Shown here: piece by piece, positions 7,211 to 16,877 of the stretch
Layout: every line of letters begins with the position of its first letter
Numbering within the stretch: the first letter of the stretch is position 1
IMG/VR virus record: IMGVR_UViG_3300017783_000100
Coordinates: 1-34,012 of that record
Source of the DNA: a virus
Taxonomy: Duplodnaviria; Caudoviricetes
Reading direction: 5' to 3' (one strand)
Length of the DNA stretch: 34,012 nt
Made by a program: the position numbers and the translations under genes
The notes under the pieces: model-generated
Told to the model about the DNA's origin: nothing
The model's input: only the letters and a program-made list of their open reading frames with translations
Databases searched by the model: none

Positions 7211-8626
7211 TTAAGCAAATGATATTTTACAAATTGATGAACCGTCTGGGGTAAAATATAAACATCCAGCTCCGGCTGAGCCTGATTGCCATACTGTACC
7301 GGCAGTTAAAGGGGAAGGTGTATCTGTTCTATTTGCTAGATTAAATACTGCTTCTACTGTTGATGAACCGCTTACATATAGCTGGTCTGCATATACTGTG
7401 TTTTGCTGTGTATAAAAATGTTTTCTATAGCATGCATCTGCGTTGTATTCTTCTGTGCAAGTACTGCAATTGTTAGCAGGTAAACGTCCTGCAAATGCTA
7501 ATGCTGAGGTTGAACTTCCAGCACTCCCAAGTTGCTGTCTGGCTACATTTAAAGAACTTCTATTTGACCAAGTATTACCGTTATATTCTTCGGTATTTGC
7601 TAGGTAAGAAGGAGAGCAGGCTGGGTTTGTGCCTCCGAATCCTAATGCTGAGTTTTGAGTACCTGAGCCTCTTAATCCTCCTCTGTTAATATTATTTAAA
7701 TTTCCTCCAATACTCCAAGCAGTTCCATTATATTCTTCTGTTTGTGTGTAAGTTGGAGCTGGTCCTCCTCCAAAACTTAAACTTGCATTTTGTGTTCCTG
7801 CTCCGCCTTGATCTTCAACTGCTGCGTTAAGATTACCTCCTGAAGACCATGTATCACCATTATATTCTTCTGTTGCATTGCTATCAGTTCCAGTTGGAAC
7901 CCCGGTTATACCTCCAAATGCTATTGCTGAGTTTTGAGTACCGACACCGCCTAGTTGGTTTCTACCTGTCGACATAGGAGTTACTTCTGACCATGTATCT
8001 CCGTTGTATTTTTCAGTACATGCATATCTAAAAATAGGACTTGGACCATATCCTCCAAAAGCTAAAGCAGCATTTTGTGTTCCGGCTCCTGCAAGAAGTG
8101 ATCTACCGAAATTTAAAGGAGATTTTACACTCCAAGCACTTCCGTTGTAAGCTTCAGTACAGGTATACCCAGATGTAGGTCCTGGTGTATCTCCTGCCAT
8201 TGATAATGCTGCGTTTTGTGTTCCGGCTCCAGCATTAGCAAACATAGCTACATTCATACTAGCTCCTACAGACCATGTATCGTTCGAAGATGAAAGGTAA
8301 TTAAACTCTCCTGCACCATCTACTTTTAATGCTCCTATAATATCTGCTTGACCTTCATACGGAAATGGATTTACCTCGGTTAAACCGCTTCCTTGGCCTC
8401 TTAAAGAACCTGATATTATAGTTACTGGACCTTCAACTTCTAATGAACCAGAAATAATAGCAGAACCGGTGTATGGAAAATCACTACTACCGCCTACAGA
8501 CACACCAGTTAACCCGCTTCCATCTCCTATAAAAGAACCAGAGAATGAACCGCTATACCTACCGTCTTGGTCGGTAAAAGCAGCTCCGGTTGTAATGTCA
8601 ATTGAACCTGTAAGCTCTAGTGCCAT
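7211..8626 (-). CDS. Tail-fibre/receptor-binding protein with six-bladed Kelch-like propeller (paralog A)
   Basis: Same architecture, six blades and C-terminal GCLYFTPDGSSICKISFA. Confidence 0.8.
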   Translation of the reverse strand: MALELTGSIDITTGAAFTDQDGRYSGSFSGSFIGDGSGLTGVSVGGSSDFPYTGSAIISGSLEVEGPVTIISGSLRGQGSGLTEVNPFPYEGQADIIGALKVDGAGEFNYLSSSNDTWSVGASMNVAMFANAGAGTQNAALSMAGDTPGPTSGYTCTEAYNGSAWSVKSPLNFGRSLLAGAGTQNAALAFGGYGPSPIFRYACTEKYNGDTWSEVTPMSTGRNQLGGVGTQNSAIAFGGITGVPTGTDSNATEEYNGDTWSSGGNLNAAVEDQGGAGTQNASLSFGGGPAPTYTQTEEYNGTAWSIGGNLNNINRGGLRGSGTQNSALGFGGTNPACSPSYLANTEEYNGNTWSNRSSLNVARQQLGSAGSSTSALAFAGRLPANNCSTCTEEYNADACYRKHFYTQQNTVYADQLYVSGSSTVEAVFNLANRTDTPSPLTAGTVWQSGSAGAGCLYFTPDGSSICKISFA

Positions 8627-8638
8627 AATTATAACGGT

Positions 8639-11600
8639 TTAGGTTAATCTTATTGCTATGAAGTTTCCACTTCTATATAAACCTCCTAGTGGCACTCCTC
8701 CTGCTGCTGCTGCGGTATCGTCTGCATAATTTAAGCTTTGAGATACTTGTGCAAGTACTACATGTCCGTTTTCAAGTGTAAATGAAGTACCTGTTGGAGT
8801 ACTGCCTGATACTGTTAGTGAGCCTGATATTACTGCATCTCCGTCGAATGGGAAACCTTGACTCGATACTCCGGTTAATCCACTACCATCTCCAGTAAAG
8901 CTGCCGGTAAACGAACCTGTAAACGGTGCAGTAAGACTAGTAAACTGTGCAGATGAAGATACAACCCCAGCAGGTAAAGTTGCAGTAATTCCGGTTATGT
9001 TAGTTCCGTCTCCAGCAAAACTACCAGTAAACGAACCTGTAAATGGGGAGGTAAGAGTATCAAATTGTAATGAAGAAGAAACAACTCCGGCAGGTAGTGT
9101 AGCTGTTACTCCTGTAATACCAGAACCGTCACCAGATAGTGCTCCGGTAAATGAACCTGTAAAGGAACCAGTAAACGGAGAAGTAAGAGTATCAAATTGT
9201 AAGGAAGATGAAATAAGGCCATCTGATGTATTAGCTAATCTATTCCATGCTCCGCCGTGTGCAAAGTACATCGCACCATCGGCATGGCTATGTCCTATAG
9301 CTCCATGATATGTTGAAGCGTCTGGAAATGCTCCTTGATTTGCATAATAGAATGGTATTACTGCACTAGTAGTACTTGTGCTTCCTCTATCGATTACAGA
9401 TTGTAAAGTATCTGCTTCAGTGATATTTGTTAATCCGCTACCGTCTCCGGTAAAGCTACCAGTAAAGGAACCTGTAAACGGAGCAGTAATGTCAGTAAAC
9501 TGAGCTGAACTAGATACTGAGTTAGCAGGTAGAGAAGTTACTATACCTGTTAAGTTTGATCCATCTCCTACAAAGCTTCCTGTAAACGATCCAGTAAAAG
9601 CAGATGTTATATCAGTAAACTGTAAAGAAGAGGATACTACTCCTGCTGGTAATGTAGCTGATATACCGGTTAATCCGCTACCATCACCTACATACGAACC
9701 GCTAAATGATCCGCTAACTCCTCCAGTTGCATCTGTAAAGTCGGCATTTTCTCCTGAACCAGATACTGTTAATGAACCTGTTATGCTGGTTGTGCCTGTT
9801 TGTATATTACCAGCTAAACCTGTTAATCCGCTACCGTCTCCGGTAAACGCACCTACAAATGATCCTGTAAATGATCCTGTAAATGGTGCTGTGGTATCAT
9901 CGAATACAGAAGAGTTAAGGTTAGTTAAAGCACTACCGTCTCCTTTAAAATGAGAAGCTGTTATTGCAGCACCAGCTGATAAATTATTTACAAATGTAGT
10001 ACAAGCTTGAGTGGAAGTAATATTAGACCCTAAAATAAATGACTTATCATGAGTTAATACGTTTGTTGAACCTCCTACTATAGAAGCACATTCACCTGTA
10101 ACGCAGTTATCTTCTCCTCCTAAAATAGAAGAGTAACTACCTGAAACAATATTTCTTGACCCACCTAATACAGAAGCTCTACAGACTGCTGAAGATATTA
10201 GATTGCAGCAGCCTCCTACTACCGAAGTATATGTTCCATTAGCTTCGTTTGTTTGACCGCCTATCACATTTGCATAACAAGCAGTAGCTTTATTTAAATT
10301 ACCACCTCCTATAAATGAACAAGTACCAGAACCGGAATTTGATGTACCTCCTACTATTACACTATGATCTTTAAGTGAGATGTTATTTTCACCTCCTCCT
10401 ATAAGAGTATAGCTTCCTGAGGCGTAGTTTGTATTTCCTGATAAAACTGCTGAACCGGAAGTATCTGCTGTATTGCTAATACCTCCTCCAATGACAGTAT
10501 AATCGTAATTTGCACTACCGGATATACCACCTGCTACAGTACTATACGAACCGCTAGCTATGTTTTGTATACCACCGCCAACTGTGCCTTGTAAGCCAGA
10601 TACTGTGTTGTTTCTACCACCGGCTATAACAGCCCCGCAACTATTAGCTGCTACAGTATTGCAAGAACCTCCACCGATTGTAACATAATCTGCTGTTTGT
10701 GCAGAAGAGTTTAAACACCCACCTGCTATTACACCGAATGCACTAGAACCTGTGTTGAGTTCACCGCCCCCTATAAATTGAGAGTCAGCAAGACAAGCTG
10801 TGTTCTTGCATCCTCCTACAACTGTACCATGTGCGCAAGTTGAGGTGTTACATTCACCGCCTCCTATAAAGGAACAGTTGCCTGTTCCAATATTTGTAGT
10901 ACCTCCTACGACTGTAGATAGAGTACCGCCAGCACAGTTATTGTTACCACCTACTGCTGTAGAACATGCTGCTGATGCTGTATTTAAAGTACCTCCTAAT
11001 ACTGATGAGAATGCACCTGAAGATTTGTTACTTCCGGTTATATGAACGATTGAATTAGCTCCAGAACCTGTTACATATATTCTATATTTTAAATCTGGAG
11101 TTGAAGTAATACCTGTTAGTCCAGATCCTTCTCCAACAAATGAACCGGATATTGTTGAACCTGTTATTGCTCCTGTTGCTGATATACCACCGGCAAATTC
11201 AATTGTACAAGTTGAAAAATCTCCTTTAATAAGAGGAGTTCCTTGAGCGTTATTGATATAAAGCTGATTTGATTCTGTAGTTCCTGTGGAAGGACCTGCT
11301 CTAAATCCTATATAAACGTTACCGGTTGAAGCACCAGTTAAACATTCACCGGCACGAACTCCTAAGGCAGTGTTTGTACCACCTGTAATGTCCCCATCTC
11401 CTCTCATTGCATCTTTTCCCAAAGATACGTTATCAGAGCTTTCTATTTTATAACCTGAACAGTTACCTATTAAGGTATTATTATTTTCTGTCGTAACACA
11501 AAGACCAGCTACATCACCTATAGTAACGTTTCTATCTCCGGTTGTAATATTACATCCTGCTTCATGTCCTACTGCTGTATTACATAAACCTTCAGTATTA

Positions 11601-12559
11601 CTTTCGAGAGCGTTAGCACCTATAGCTGTTCCTTTTTCACCTGTAGTATTGGATTTTAAAGCTTGGAATCCTACAGCTGTATTGCAGCTATTATTACTAC
11701 CGTCTCCTGTATCGTTTCCAATGCTTGCTTGGAGAGCTTGATGACCAACTGCTGTATCTCCTACTGTCTGTGTAGCAGATTCTCCTGCTTCGTTACCAAT
11801 ATATACATTACTTGAACCTGATACTAAAAGATTACCAGCTTGTAAACCGATTGCAATTGTATTTCTAGATTGTGTAGTTTCTTCTAAAGAACCTGAACCG
11901 ATTCCGATAGAAGTTGAATCTCCTGTATTAGAGATAAAAATATTTTCGTCTAAGGTTGTATCTCCTTTTAGTTGTACTGTTATACCTGAACCGGATACAA
12001 CTAATGAACCCGTAATGGAGGAATCACCATTTCTACTTCCATCCCATTCTTGGGAAGGTAAATTTGTTAACCCGCTACCATCTCCTACATACGAACCTGA
12101 GAAAGAACCGCTTACTCCAGCTGCTAAAGTTAGATCTACATTTGAACCAGATACAGTTAAAGAGCCTGATATTTCAGCATCTCCAGTAAATGGAAAGTTA
12201 CTTAAGCCTGTTAAACCGCTACCGTCACCTTTAAAGCTTCCTGAGAAAGAACCGGATAAGTTACTACCTGATGCTTGATAGCCGTTGATGTTAAGTCCGG
12301 TAAGCCCGCTTCCATCACCTACAAATGAACCGCTAAAAGAACCACTAACACCACCTTCGGCATTTAAAAGATCAACATTAGCTCCTGAACCTGAAATAAC
12401 TAAAGAGCCGGTAATATTAGAATCACCATTTCTAGATCCATCCCATTCAGCTGTTGCGGTTATGCCAGTAAGTCCTGAACCGTCTCCGAAAAAACCAACA
12501 GAGGAAGTTACGCTTCCACTGATTATGAGATTGTTATTTATTATGTGTTCGTTAGCCAT
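8639..12559 (-). CDS. Long tail fibre (1306 aa) with GSFxGDGSGLT repeats and YadA-like beta-roll repeats
   Basis: Repeated SGSFSGSFxGDGSGLTG, NTAVGxxA repeats, GGxxN repeats, C-terminal LPAGVVSSS repeats and a terminal YADDTAAAAGGVPLGGLYR module. Confidence 0.82.
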   Translation of the reverse strand: MANEHIINNNLIISGSVTSSVGFFGDGSGLTGITATAEWDGSRNGDSNITGSLVISGSGANVDLLNAEGGVSGSFSGSFVGDGSGLTGLNINGYQASGSNLSGSFSGSFKGDGSGLTGLSNFPFTGDAEISGSLTVSGSNVDLTLAAGVSGSFSGSYVGDGSGLTNLPSQEWDGSRNGDSSITGSLVVSGSGITVQLKGDTTLDENIFISNTGDSTSIGIGSGSLEETTQSRNTIAIGLQAGNLLVSGSSNVYIGNEAGESATQTVGDTAVGHQALQASIGNDTGDGSNNSCNTAVGFQALKSNTTGEKGTAIGANALESNTEGLCNTAVGHEAGCNITTGDRNVTIGDVAGLCVTTENNNTLIGNCSGYKIESSDNVSLGKDAMRGDGDITGGTNTALGVRAGECLTGASTGNVYIGFRAGPSTGTTESNQLYINNAQGTPLIKGDFSTCTIEFAGGISATGAITGSTISGSFVGEGSGLTGITSTPDLKYRIYVTGSGANSIVHITGSNKSSGAFSSVLGGTLNTASAACSTAVGGNNNCAGGTLSTVVGGTTNIGTGNCSFIGGGECNTSTCAHGTVVGGCKNTACLADSQFIGGGELNTGSSAFGVIAGGCLNSSAQTADYVTIGGGSCNTVAANSCGAVIAGGRNNTVSGLQGTVGGGIQNIASGSYSTVAGGISGSANYDYTVIGGGISNTADTSGSAVLSGNTNYASGSYTLIGGGENNISLKDHSVIVGGTSNSGSGTCSFIGGGNLNKATACYANVIGGQTNEANGTYTSVVGGCCNLISSAVCRASVLGGSRNIVSGSYSSILGGEDNCVTGECASIVGGSTNVLTHDKSFILGSNITSTQACTTFVNNLSAGAAITASHFKGDGSALTNLNSSVFDDTTAPFTGSFTGSFVGAFTGDGSGLTGLAGNIQTGTTSITGSLTVSGSGENADFTDATGGVSGSFSGSYVGDGSGLTGISATLPAGVVSSSLQFTDITSAFTGSFTGSFVGDGSNLTGIVTSLPANSVSSSAQFTDITAPFTGSFTGSFTGDGSGLTNITEADTLQSVIDRGSTSTTSAVIPFYYANQGAFPDASTYHGAIGHSHADGAMYFAHGGAWNRLANTSDGLISSSLQFDTLTSPFTGSFTGSFTGALSGDGSGITGVTATLPAGVVSSSLQFDTLTSPFTGSFTGSFAGDGTNITGITATLPAGVVSSSAQFTSLTAPFTGSFTGSFTGDGSGLTGVSSQGFPFDGDAVISGSLTVSGSTPTGTSFTLENGHVVLAQVSQSLNYADDTAAAAGGVPLGGLYRSGNFIAIRLT
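8870..9945 (-). repeat. Tandem ~39-aa coding repeats (LPAGVVSSSxQFxxxTxPFTGSFTGSFxGDGSxxTG) in the fibre C-terminal half
   Basis: About six degenerate copies are visible in the translation. Boundaries are approximate. Confidence 0.8.
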
Positions 12560-12570
12560 AATCTTTTATA

Positions 12571-15105
12571 TTACACTACTCTTTTAAAAGCTGTTATTAA
12601 TGCATTTATTTCAAAAGTTCCAGACGTAACATTTACTTTAAATATTGCTTCAGTTGTTGAACTAGCATCTACTGAAAAAGAAGTACCTGTAGCAGCTCCT
12701 GTAGTAATAGTATGTTCTTCATTTACTACTGAATTACCAGCTCTATCCCAGCTACCTAATACTGTACCGACTTTTTTACTTGCTTCAGAAGAATCTGTTA
12801 AAGCATAATCGGCTTTAAAACCGGTATAACCATTTGAAGCATCAATCGCAAACGTGTATAAGTTTGTATTAGCTGAAAACCCTGTAGCATTAATTTGAAT
12901 AAGCTCTACTCCTGGACCTCCTGGGTAGCTACCTGAAGCAATAGTAACTGTACCGCCTACATCTAGAGCACCTGATACTATTAATGAACCTGAGATATTT
13001 GAATCTCCGTCTCTACTTCCGTCCCATTCTATTCCGGTTAATCCTGTAAGGTTACTACCATCTCCTACAAAACTACCTGAGAATATAGAACCTGAGATTG
13101 CAGCTACATTTGTAAAGTCTACTACTTCTGTAGAACCAGAAACTATTAATGAACCTGTAATAATAGCTGAACCGTTTCTTGTACCGTCCCAATCTGCTGT
13201 GATACCTGTTAGGTTAGTTCCATCTCCTTGGAAAGAGCCGCTAAACGATCCGCTTACACCGCCTCTAAACTCTACTTGACAAGTTGAGAAGTTACCTTTA
13301 ATTAGAGGAGTTCCTTCGGCATTATTAATGTAAAGTTGATTAGATTCGGTTGTATTATTTGTAGAAGGACCAGCTTGATACCCGATATATACGTTTGAAC
13401 TACCACCAACAGTTTTAATACCTGCTTGAGAACCTAATGCTGTGTTGTTGCATCCGGAAGCTAATATACCTAAAGAATTTTCTCCAATAAAAGTATTTCT
13501 TTCACCGGTAGTAATATTTAAACCAGATTGATATCCTACTCCTGTGTTAAAACAACCTGTTGAGATAGAGTAATTTGATTTATACCCAACACCGGTATTA
13601 CTATGTCCGGTTGAAGATGCTCCACCCATTGAATCACCACCTAAAGCAGTGTTTGATATCCCAGTGTTAAGCCCAAGAGTATTTATACCTACTCCGGTAG
13701 ATTTACTTCCAGCTTGTTTACCTGCTTTACATCCTATAGCTACCAACCCACTAGTATCTCCTGCTGTAAGGCATTGGCCGGCTAGGTAACCTAACGCAGT
13801 ATTTCCTGCTCCAGTGCTGGTGCCAAGAGCAGATGTTCCTATACCTATAGCATTAAATTCAGGTCTATGTATTTTTATTCCTCCATCTATAGTTGTAACA
13901 CCATTAAGAGTAATTGTTGAACCTGAAACAACAAGTGAACCTGTAATTGATGTTGGTCCTTCAACGCTTAAACTTCCTGATATAATAGCAGAACCGGTAT
14001 GAGGAAAAGCATTAGAGGTAATATTAGTTAGATTGCTTCCATCTCCTGTAAATGAACCGGAAAATATCGACCCTGATATAGCGGTAGTATTGGTTAAATC
14101 AACACTAACAGAAGAACCAGAAACTGTAAGAGAACCAGTTATTACCGCATCTCCGTTATGAGGAAAGGCTGTTAAGCTGAGGCCAGTAAGATTAGAGCCA
14201 TCACCGTGGAAGCTCCCTGAAAATACTGAAGCTGATACTTCTGAGTTAATAGTTAATTGCCCGGTAGAGAAGTCTCCGTAAATTAAAGGAGTGTCGTTTG
14301 CAGTGTTATTTATATAAAGTTTATTACTTATACCCATACTACTGGCAGGACCTGCTCCAGAACCTAAAAGAACGTTTGCACACCCAGAGCTAATATTTGC
14401 TCCAACGTCAGCACCAACTGCTGTGTTAAAATTACTTGTACCGGTTAAGCTTTCTAAAGCACACTGACCAATTGCTACAGTTTTAGAAGATGCTGTGGCA
14501 TTTCCTAATGAAGCAACTCCAATAGTTACGTTTCTTGTTCCTATTAGTAACTGTCCTGCTTGATGACCTATAGCTAAAGTACAGGATGTGCTTGCACTCT
14601 CTCCTGCTAGATGTCCTAAAAATATATTTCTATTTGTACCGTCGGAATCTACATCTATACTTCCGGTTAAAATTATTTTAGAGCCGTTAAATTTAAATTT
14701 ACTTTCTCCTTGAATAGAGGTAGTACTACCGTTTGAGGTAAATATATTATGCTGATTGTTGTTATTTAAGGTTAATGTTGTACCACCGCTACCTCCGGTA
14801 GGAAGCTGTATATCATCATAATCAGTTACTCCTGTTGGAAGGTAATACCTATCGTTAGGAGGGTTTAGAGCTGCATCATAGTAGGGATCAATCCAGTTAC
14901 CACATGCAGCGGCTTCTCTTACTTCTGGTGCTATATCTCTATGAAGCCTAAGAGTTTGGCCGTTATTTTGTAGAGAAGCTGAGTAGTAGAGTAGTCTATA
15001 ATTGTTATCCTGCTCACCGCCGGTAAGATCTCCATTCCGTTTTGGTGTGCCTACATTATTAAGCTCTACCAGATAACAGATACATGAGTTACTAAATTTC
15101 GACAT
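12571..15105 (-). CDS. Tail fibre (844 aa) with YadA-like head repeats
   Basis: N-terminal LTGGEQDNNY..YYSAS anchor-like motif, NTAxG repeats, two SNxLYINN..TPLIxGxFST necks and WDGxRxG repeats shared with the 1306-aa fibre. Confidence 0.8.
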   Translation of the reverse strand: MSKFSNSCICYLVELNNVGTPKRNGDLTGGEQDNNYRLLYYSASLQNNGQTLRLHRDIAPEVREAAACGNWIDPYYDAALNPPNDRYYLPTGVTDYDDIQLPTGGSGGTTLTLNNNNQHNIFTSNGSTTSIQGESKFKFNGSKIILTGSIDVDSDGTNRNIFLGHLAGESASTSCTLAIGHQAGQLLIGTRNVTIGVASLGNATASSKTVAIGQCALESLTGTSNFNTAVGADVGANISSGCANVLLGSGAGPASSMGISNKLYINNTANDTPLIYGDFSTGQLTINSEVSASVFSGSFHGDGSNLTGLSLTAFPHNGDAVITGSLTVSGSSVSVDLTNTTAISGSIFSGSFTGDGSNLTNITSNAFPHTGSAIISGSLSVEGPTSITGSLVVSGSTITLNGVTTIDGGIKIHRPEFNAIGIGTSALGTSTGAGNTALGYLAGQCLTAGDTSGLVAIGCKAGKQAGSKSTGVGINTLGLNTGISNTALGGDSMGGASSTGHSNTGVGYKSNYSISTGCFNTGVGYQSGLNITTGERNTFIGENSLGILASGCNNTALGSQAGIKTVGGSSNVYIGYQAGPSTNNTTESNQLYINNAEGTPLIKGNFSTCQVEFRGGVSGSFSGSFQGDGTNLTGITADWDGTRNGSAIITGSLIVSGSTEVVDFTNVAAISGSIFSGSFVGDGSNLTGLTGIEWDGSRDGDSNISGSLIVSGALDVGGTVTIASGSYPGGPGVELIQINATGFSANTNLYTFAIDASNGYTGFKADYALTDSSEASKKVGTVLGSWDRAGNSVVNEEHTITTGAATGTSFSVDASSTTEAIFKVNVTSGTFEINALITAFKRVV

Positions 15106-15112
15106 CCTTTAC

Positions 15113-15130
15113 TGTGTTTTATATAAATAT
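15113..15130 (-). promoter_or_regulatory. Candidate late promoter (ATATTTATATAAAACACA)
   Basis: Intergenic, immediately upstream of ATG 15105. An identical 18-mer occurs at 19534-19551. Confidence 0.7.
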
Positions 15131-15146
15131 CTTTTTTATTCTTTTG

Positions 15147-16877
15147 TTATTCTCCAACATACATTATAAATGCTAGTGCGTAATAAGGAGGTATATGATT
15201 ATCTGATGGAATACCGTGCTTGTGAGTTTTACCGCCTCCAATAGCATTTTCTTCCATCGCTAAAACAGCTGTGTCAGTGAGATTACCTACAGCTAATTCT
15301 GAACTAGGGTTGCAATTATCTGTTGCTCTACCAGTGCTAGAGCTATTTCCATAATCATTAGCCATTGCAGCAAAGTTTTTGAATACTGAATCCGGTGTAG
15401 AGTGACAGTGAGAAGGCATTTGATCAACGGTCAGTACGTGTCCATTTGTATCACCGGTATGATTGTGAGTTCTATCACCTCCTATCGCCAAGGCATCGTA
15501 ACCTTTTGAAGGAGCTCCGGCTACTGGGTGGGTTGTGTTTGCACCTCCTGCACCAACGACAAATCTTTCTCTCAAATCAGGGATATCTATACCGTTCTTA
15601 CTACCACCCTCACATAGTACCCAACCTGTGGGTATTTCAGTAACTAAACCTCCCCACATAATGATACCTCCTTTTGGAATCGGAGCAGCATCTAAATATT
15701 GAATTAATCCGCCACTACCTTGAACAAGAGTTTTAGTAACTTGAACGATCGAATCGTCAAAGCTTTCATTTCTTACCAGTTCCGGTATTGTATTAAAAGT
15801 TGCACAACCTTCTACTTTAATATTTCCTGAACCTGATATATTACCCTGTACGTGTAGTTTGGCTTTAGGGTTTACCTGACCAATACCTACATTACCGTCT
15901 ACTTTAAAAGTAGCTATGGTGCAGTTTGCTGTATCATTACTTAGGAAATCTCCTCCGCACCCTCTTACAATAGAAAAAGATTGTTTGTTGTTTGGTGCTG
16001 TACCTGCGTTTACTCCTATTACTACATTTCCTCCGTCATTACCTTTAGGTGACTGGATTAATAATCCTTGTCCGGTATTTCCTCCGGAAGGTAATTTATT
16101 TTGGTGTATATTAGAGCTTCCTATACGGTGTAAAGAGTTACTGTTAATAGTATTACCTATAGAAAACTCACCTACTACAGTTAAAGGAGTATCAGCATTA
16201 TCTCCAATTCCATTACCTATTGCTACTCCTTGATTTGTTACTCTTATCTTTCTACTTATTATACAATCGCTTCCACCTAAAAAATTAGAATAACCTATTT
16301 CTAAAGGTTTCGAAGTAAATAAATGTATATTTTTATCAGCTTCATCGTTTCCTGGAGATGTCTTACCTAATCTAAGAAAAGGAGAGTTACCAATGTTAAT
16401 AGAATAAAATGCTTTTGTATTCTCTGTTTCTCCTGAGCTTTTAGGTTCTAATCGTATTTCACCTATCGTTGAAGAAGTCGTACTTTTCAAATGTAAAGGA
16501 GCACTTGGATTGTTTAGTCCTACACCTAATCTATTATCTTTAAATACAAATTCAGTATTTGTTGCAAATTGATTTACACTGTTTCCTGTTCCGTGAAAAA
16601 TAATCTGTGTAGGATCCCCTGGTACTGAGACTGTTTCGCCTGGTGCTGATTCTGGAGTTCTAGGAAGAAGTACTTCCATATACCTATCTGCTTCATAACC
16701 TGAGTCGAGTTCATTAGAACCGGTATAGTATAATCTAAGTTTATTTAAATCTCCGTCTATTACAGAGGAAGCAGAGTAGAAAAAAGAAGAGAAGTTTTGA
16801 TCCATCTCATTAAAAGATAGAGATGAGTCTTTTTCTAATCTTAAAGTAATTCCGTTATTATTTTTTATCAGGCTCAT
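15147..16877 (-). CDS. Tail fibre with phage tail-collar domain and HxH needle (short-fibre-like)
   Basis: IPKGGIIMWGG...IPTGWVLCEG...PDLRERFVVGAG collar, then HNH/HCH/HKH and terminal PPYYALAFIMY. N-terminal LSFNEMDQNF anchor motif. Confidence 0.85.
   Translation of the reverse strand: MSLIKNNNGITLRLEKDSSLSFNEMDQNFSSFFYSASSVIDGDLNKLRLYYTGSNELDSGYEADRYMEVLLPRTPESAPGETVSVPGDPTQIIFHGTGNSVNQFATNTEFVFKDNRLGVGLNNPSAPLHLKSTTSSTIGEIRLEPKSSGETENTKAFYSINIGNSPFLRLGKTSPGNDEADKNIHLFTSKPLEIGYSNFLGGSDCIISRKIRVTNQGVAIGNGIGDNADTPLTVVGEFSIGNTINSNSLHRIGSSNIHQNKLPSGGNTGQGLLIQSPKGNDGGNVVIGVNAGTAPNNKQSFSIVRGCGGDFLSNDTANCTIATFKVDGNVGIGQVNPKAKLHVQGNISGSGNIKVEGCATFNTIPELVRNESFDDSIVQVTKTLVQGSGGLIQYLDAAPIPKGGIIMWGGLVTEIPTGWVLCEGGSKNGIDIPDLRERFVVGAGGANTTHPVAGAPSKGYDALAIGGDRTHNHTGDTNGHVLTVDQMPSHCHSTPDSVFKNFAAMANDYGNSSSTGRATDNCNPSSELAVGNLTDTAVLAMEENAIGGGKTHKHGIPSDNHIPPYYALAFIMYVGE

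Larger units (their letters stand above)
4595..7456. repeat. Three identical 29-bp direct repeats at the propeller C-terminal boundary
   Basis: TAGCATGCATCTGCGTTGTATTCTTCTGT occurs at 4595-4623, 6012-6040 and 7428-7456 (period 1417/1416 bp). Confidence 0.9.

Noticed and set aside
4387-8626. Diversity-generating retroelement or invertible shufflon
   Set aside because: No reverse transcriptase or invertase is in the window, no adenine-specific TR/VR pair is visible, and all copies are complete genes in direct orientation.
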